The notes under the pieces: model-generated
The model's input: the letters and a program-made list of their open reading frames with translations, nothing else
Told to the model about the DNA's origin: nothing
The model's database searches: none
Position numbers and translations under genes: made by a program
Origin: Gemmatales bacterium
GTDB taxonomy: Bacteria > Planctomycetota > Planctomycetia > Gemmatales > HRBIN36
Assembly (NCBI GenBank): GCA_039809045.1
Contig: JBDHUG010000011.1
Span: forward strand, 16,556 to 80,555
Reading direction: 5' to 3'
Length of the DNA: 64,000 nt
Shown here: in pieces, positions 60,410-64,000 of the stretch
Layout: each line of letters starts with the position of its first letter
Numbering within the stretch: position 1 is the stretch's first letter

Positions 60410-61699
60410 ATGCATGCGGAAATCCTGGCGATTGGTTCTGAACTAACCAGCGGCCAAAACATCGACACCAACAGTCCCTGGCTGAGCCAAGAATTAGCCC
60501 GCATAGGTTGTCCGGTCCGTTTCCATACCACCATTGGTGATGCTCTCGAAGATCTCATCTGTGCCTTTCACGCTGCTTTGACGCGGTCTGATTTAGTCAT
60601 TCTGACTGGCGGTCTTGGTCCCACACAAGACGATTTGACACGTGAAGCTCTCGCCAGATTGGCGGGGGTGGAGTTGGTTTTGCATGAACCTTCTTTGGTA
60701 GCCATTCGCGATCGTTTCGCCAGTCGTCAACGCCCCATGCCTGAACGCAATCAGGTGCAAGCTCTTTTCCCGCGCGGCGCAGAGCCCATTCCCAATGCTA
60801 ACGGCACTGCCCCAGGCATATGGATGGAATTACAACGTAAAGAGCACCAACAACAGAAGACGGTGCTGTTCGTGGCCATGCCCGGCGTACCCGTTGAGAT
60901 GATGGCGATGTTTGCATCTATTGCCAGCCGATTGCAAGCCTGGCTTGGCATAGGACAACAGGTGATCGTCGAGCGTAAGCTGAACTGCTTTGGAGCTGGC
61001 GAGTCGGCCATCGAAGAAAAAGCGCTGGATTTTACTCGTCGCGGCCATGTGCCTGAAGTTGGCATAACGGTCAGTGACGCGGTCGTTTCGTTTCGCATCC
61101 GTGCATGTGCAGCGACGCTAACAGAGGCACATAATCAAATCGCACCTGTTGAAGCAGCACTAAAGCAACGATTGGGCGAGTTGGTTTTTGGCATTGATCA
61201 TGAAGAACTGCAAGATGTCGTTGGCAGCATGCTGTTAGAGCAACAGCTCACCGTTTCCATTGCGGAAAGCTTGACCGGTGGCCTGGTCAGCCATTTACTA
61301 TCCCGCATTCCCGGCATCAGCGCTAGCCTATTTGGGGCAGTGGTAGCATATTCCAATGAAGCGAAAGTCAACTTGTTGGGTGTGCCGAGCGAACTGATTT
61401 TACGCCATGGAGCTGTCAGCAGTCAGGTTGCTGAAGCGATGGCCCAGGGTTGCCGTGAGCGGTTTGGTTCGCATCTGGCTATCAGCACCACTGGCATTGC
61501 CGGTCCTACCGGTGCAACCTCCACCAAACCCGTAGGCTTGGCCTATATCGGCCTAGCTTCCACAGAAGGAGTAAAAAGCTGGCAAGTCAATTGGTTTGGC
61601 ACACGTTTGGATGTACAGCAACGCACTGCCAAATCGGCTTTGAATGCCCTACGCCTTTATTTGCTGAAGCGCCACAACCTTCGTGTTGATGCTGTTTGA
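60410..61699 (+). CDS. cinA: Competence/damage-inducible protein CinA (MoCF-like domain plus NMN deamidase PncC)
   Basis: IGSELTSG, GGLGPTQDDLT, MPGVP; AESLTGG, YSNEAK, GAVS, TGIAGP. Confidence 0.93.
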   Translation: MHAEILAIGSELTSGQNIDTNSPWLSQELARIGCPVRFHTTIGDALEDLICAFHAALTRSDLVILTGGLGPTQDDLTREALARLAGVELVLHEPSLVAIRDRFASRQRPMPERNQVQALFPRGAEPIPNANGTAPGIWMELQRKEHQQQKTVLFVAMPGVPVEMMAMFASIASRLQAWLGIGQQVIVERKLNCFGAGESAIEEKALDFTRRGHVPEVGITVSDAVVSFRIRACAATLTEAHNQIAPVEAALKQRLGELVFGIDHEELQDVVGSMLLEQQLTVSIAESLTGGLVSHLLSRIPGISASLFGAVVAYSNEAKVNLLGVPSELILRHGAVSSQVAEAMAQGCRERFGSHLAISTTGIAGPTGATSTKPVGLAYIGLASTEGVKSWQVNWFGTRLDVQQRTAKSALNALRLYLLKRHNLRVDAV

Positions 61700-61760
61700 T
61701 GTAAAAACCAAATGCTGAATCTAGGTGGATATTATCTTGAGAAATAGACCCAAGTTATTA

Positions 61761-61790
61761 TTGACGAGAAATGCACAGGCAAGCTAAACT
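61761..61790 (+). promoter_or_regulatory. Sigma70-type promoter
   Basis: TTGACG-N18-TAAACT; argues for the ATG at 61852 rather than 61771. Confidence 0.4.
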
Positions 61791-61851
61791 TGAAATGATA
61801 TCCCTCTCTCGCCGCCATTTAGTTCGCCAGTTATGCCTCACGAGGTTGACT

Positions 61852-63216
61852 ATGGTACGCCTTGAAGTAATCGATGCCGTACGCCCCTGGCTAATCGTCA
61901 TTCTTATTTTGGCATTCAGGCTGGCACCGCAAACTTGCCTCGCTCAGGCTTTGGAACCGGATAAAGCATTCCCTTATTTATTAAAATCGACGGCATGGGT
62001 TATCGTTCCCCTGGTCGAAAATGGCGTGCTACGAGGCGCTATGTCCGGAACGGCTGGCATGATCGATATGGACAAGCGCCTCATGGTAACCAACTGGCAT
62101 GTCGTGATGGAATCGGAAGATGTGTTGGTGGTATTCCCGCAATACGATAACAACAAAGCCCTCATTCCCGAACGCGATCGTTATCGGGCCATTCTTAATA
62201 ACCCTCGGCTGTTGAACAAATCCTATTTTGTGGCGAAAGTGTTGATTCGTGACAAAAAGAAGGATTTGGCCCTGTTACAATTGCCCAAAATACCGCCGGG
62301 TGTATCAGCTCTGCCCTTGGCTAAAGAACCGCCAACTCCGGGTCGAACCGTCTATTCACTAGGGAACCCAGGAGCCAGTGGAGCGCTATGGGTGTTTACC
62401 AAAGGTGAAGTGCGGCAAGTCTATAACAAAAAATGGCACGTGCAACTCACAGAGACGGAAATTGCTGAAATGGAAGCACGCATCATTGAAACGTCATCAC
62501 CAACCAATCATGGCGATTCAGGAGGTCCACTCATCAGCGACCGAGGCGAAATGGTAGGCGTGACGCAAGGTGGCGCTGTAGATGCTGCTCAGATTTCTAC
62601 CTTTGTCGAAATCAGCGAAGTCAAGAAATTACTTGCCAAAATAGGCGTGACTAATCCAAAGGCTGGTCCCCTGCCCGATCTGACTGCCAGTAATAAATCC
62701 ACAAATGCAACGGCGGACAACACCGACTCCAAAAAATCGGAAGCCGACGCCGAAAAACTTAAAGCACTAGCCGAGCAAAATGCTGAGGCTGAAGCACTGA
62801 AAGCTGGGCTTGAGTTGCGTTCAGCTCGCGGAACGACGCAAGAAGAAGCCTTGAAAAAACTCCGTGAAAGCAAGGGGTTGATTTATACACGCGTCTTGTC
62901 TGATACCATCAACCAAATGCCATCCGGTTCCATGCGTGATCGTGCTCGCGAAGCCTTGACTGAAAGACTCACTCGCATGACCAAGAATACACTGTCCGGC
63001 TACCTGCAACATGAAGACCGCGAGCTGCGTCGAGCTGCCGCTGCCGCTGTTGGCCGTAAAGAACTGAACGAATTAGCCAGCGAAGTTGTGCCGCTAATCA
63101 AGGAATCAGACACACTGGTTGCAGATGAAGCCTACGAAACTCTCAAAAAACTCAGTGGCCGGGACTATGGCCGAGACCTCCGCAAGTGGATGCAATGGGC
63201 CGCCACACAAAAGTAA
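61852..63216 (+). CDS. Exported trypsin-like serine protease with a C-terminal HEAT-like domain
   Basis: TNWHV, DLALL and NHGDSGGPL catalytic triad; helical tail with LRRAAAAAVG. Confidence 0.85.
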   Translation: MVRLEVIDAVRPWLIVILILAFRLAPQTCLAQALEPDKAFPYLLKSTAWVIVPLVENGVLRGAMSGTAGMIDMDKRLMVTNWHVVMESEDVLVVFPQYDNNKALIPERDRYRAILNNPRLLNKSYFVAKVLIRDKKKDLALLQLPKIPPGVSALPLAKEPPTPGRTVYSLGNPGASGALWVFTKGEVRQVYNKKWHVQLTETEIAEMEARIIETSSPTNHGDSGGPLISDRGEMVGVTQGGAVDAAQISTFVEISEVKKLLAKIGVTNPKAGPLPDLTASNKSTNATADNTDSKKSEADAEKLKALAEQNAEAEALKAGLELRSARGTTQEEALKKLRESKGLIYTRVLSDTINQMPSGSMRDRAREALTERLTRMTKNTLSGYLQHEDRELRRAAAAAVGRKELNELASEVVPLIKESDTLVADEAYETLKKLSGRDYGRDLRKWMQWAATQK

Positions 63217-63438
63217 GCGACTTTCGCCAATCAACAACACTCGACAACAGCTTTTTCTCCGCAGGTGTTAATAAAGGAATTCTGTTACAGTCATTTCGTT
63301 CTACTCAGAATCAATTGTTAACTCACCCCGCCCTCATTCCATCGAAACCCAAGCAAGTTACCGAGAGGCTTGCGTTTCCCTCATGGCATATTTAGGATGG
63401 ACTATATCTAAGAAACGCTGATTTTGTGAGGACATGCT

Positions 63439-64000
63439 ATGACAGCTCGACGGATCAGCCTGGTGCTTGGATTAGCACTTTGCTGGATTGGGATGGGCTT
63501 TACTTTCGATAAGGATAAAGAACCACCCTCGGACAAAGCCTCTAAAAGCGATGACTCCCCTATTGTCGCAAAAACACGGAAAAAGCTCGAGGGAGAGGTT
63601 AGTATCGATGCTAAAGACCAGCCATTGAAAGAATTGCTCACGGAATTGGGCAAACAAGTTGAGGTGACCTTTTATTTTGACGTTGCTGTACCTAAACATA
63701 AAGGCTTCACCATCGTCGCCAAGGATAAACCTTTACGCGAAGTCCTGGATACCATGTTCAAGGATTCAGGTTTGGGCTACGTTATCCACCGCAAACAAAA
63801 TCCCAATGACCGTTATGAAGGGCAAATCCAGATCATTCAAGGCAATGAACGTGGCGACCCCATCGCTAAGGGTGATAGCAGTAAAAAGGAATCTGGCAAA
63901 TCAACACCCAGCAAACCATCGAACAAAGCGCCAACCAAGTCTTCCACGGGCAGCAGCGGCGAAGATGTGGAAAAATCAGCAGCCAATAAGCTGAAACTGG
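63439..64000 (+). CDS. Exported STN-like (secretin/TonB N-terminal) domain protein, 3'-truncated; absent from the ORF track
   Basis: GAGGA RBS; hand translation MTARRISLVLGLALCWIG...VSIDAKDQPLKELLTELGKQ...KDKPLREVLDTMFKDSGLGYVI..., with no stop before the window end. Confidence 0.7.
   Translation, partial: MTARRISLVLGLALCWIGMGFTFDKDKEPPSDKASKSDDSPIVAKTRKKLEGEVSIDAKDQPLKELLTELGKQVEVTFYFDVAVPKHKGFTIVAKDKPLREVLDTMFKDSGLGYVIHRKQNPNDRYEGQIQIIQGNERGDPIAKGDSSKKESGKSTPSKPSNKAPTKSSTGSSGEDVEKSAANKLKL

Noticed and set aside
63408-63994. Track ORFs 63408-63653(-), 63472-63699(-) and 63677-63994(+)
   Set aside because: Explained as shadows of the uncalled + strand gene starting at 63439
1-64000. CRISPR arrays, tRNA/rRNA genes, transposases/integrases, defence systems
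   Set aside because: No regularly spaced repeats, cloverleaf-like sequences or recombinase/nuclease motifs were recognised by eye; tRNAscan-SE, Infernal and DefenseFinder would be needed to exclude them formally

Overview
This is a gene-dense, roughly 50% GC bacterial window that reads like a planctomycete (Gemmatales-like). Supporting cues are a TIGR03067-type protein, an ECF sigma/Ser-Thr kinase pair, an 'MPILP'-type NusG paralog and FHA/HEAT proteins. Most of it is housekeeping or known accessory DNA: an inositol-phosphate-synthase/UbiA (ebo-like) operon, a YrdC-like/LMW-PTP fusion with rpiB and an S1 protein, rrf2-sufBCD-sufS/E-sufT, infB-DUF503-rbfA, a NusG-paralog-led wzm/wzt nucleotide-sugar locus with no glycosyltransferase, and nagA, mutY and cinA. 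The stand-out feature is one 8.3-kb ORF (50744-59086, 2780 aa). It appears to fuse a whole acyl-CoA-to-quinone electron-transfer chain into one polypeptide: ETF:quinone oxidoreductase (FixC-like FAD domain plus a 4-Cys Fe-S domain), two tandem acyl-CoA dehydrogenase modules with complementary half-sites, ETF-beta and ETF-alpha. I recognised no rRNA, tRNA, CRISPR array or mobile element. All family calls come from reading motifs by eye, not from database searches.
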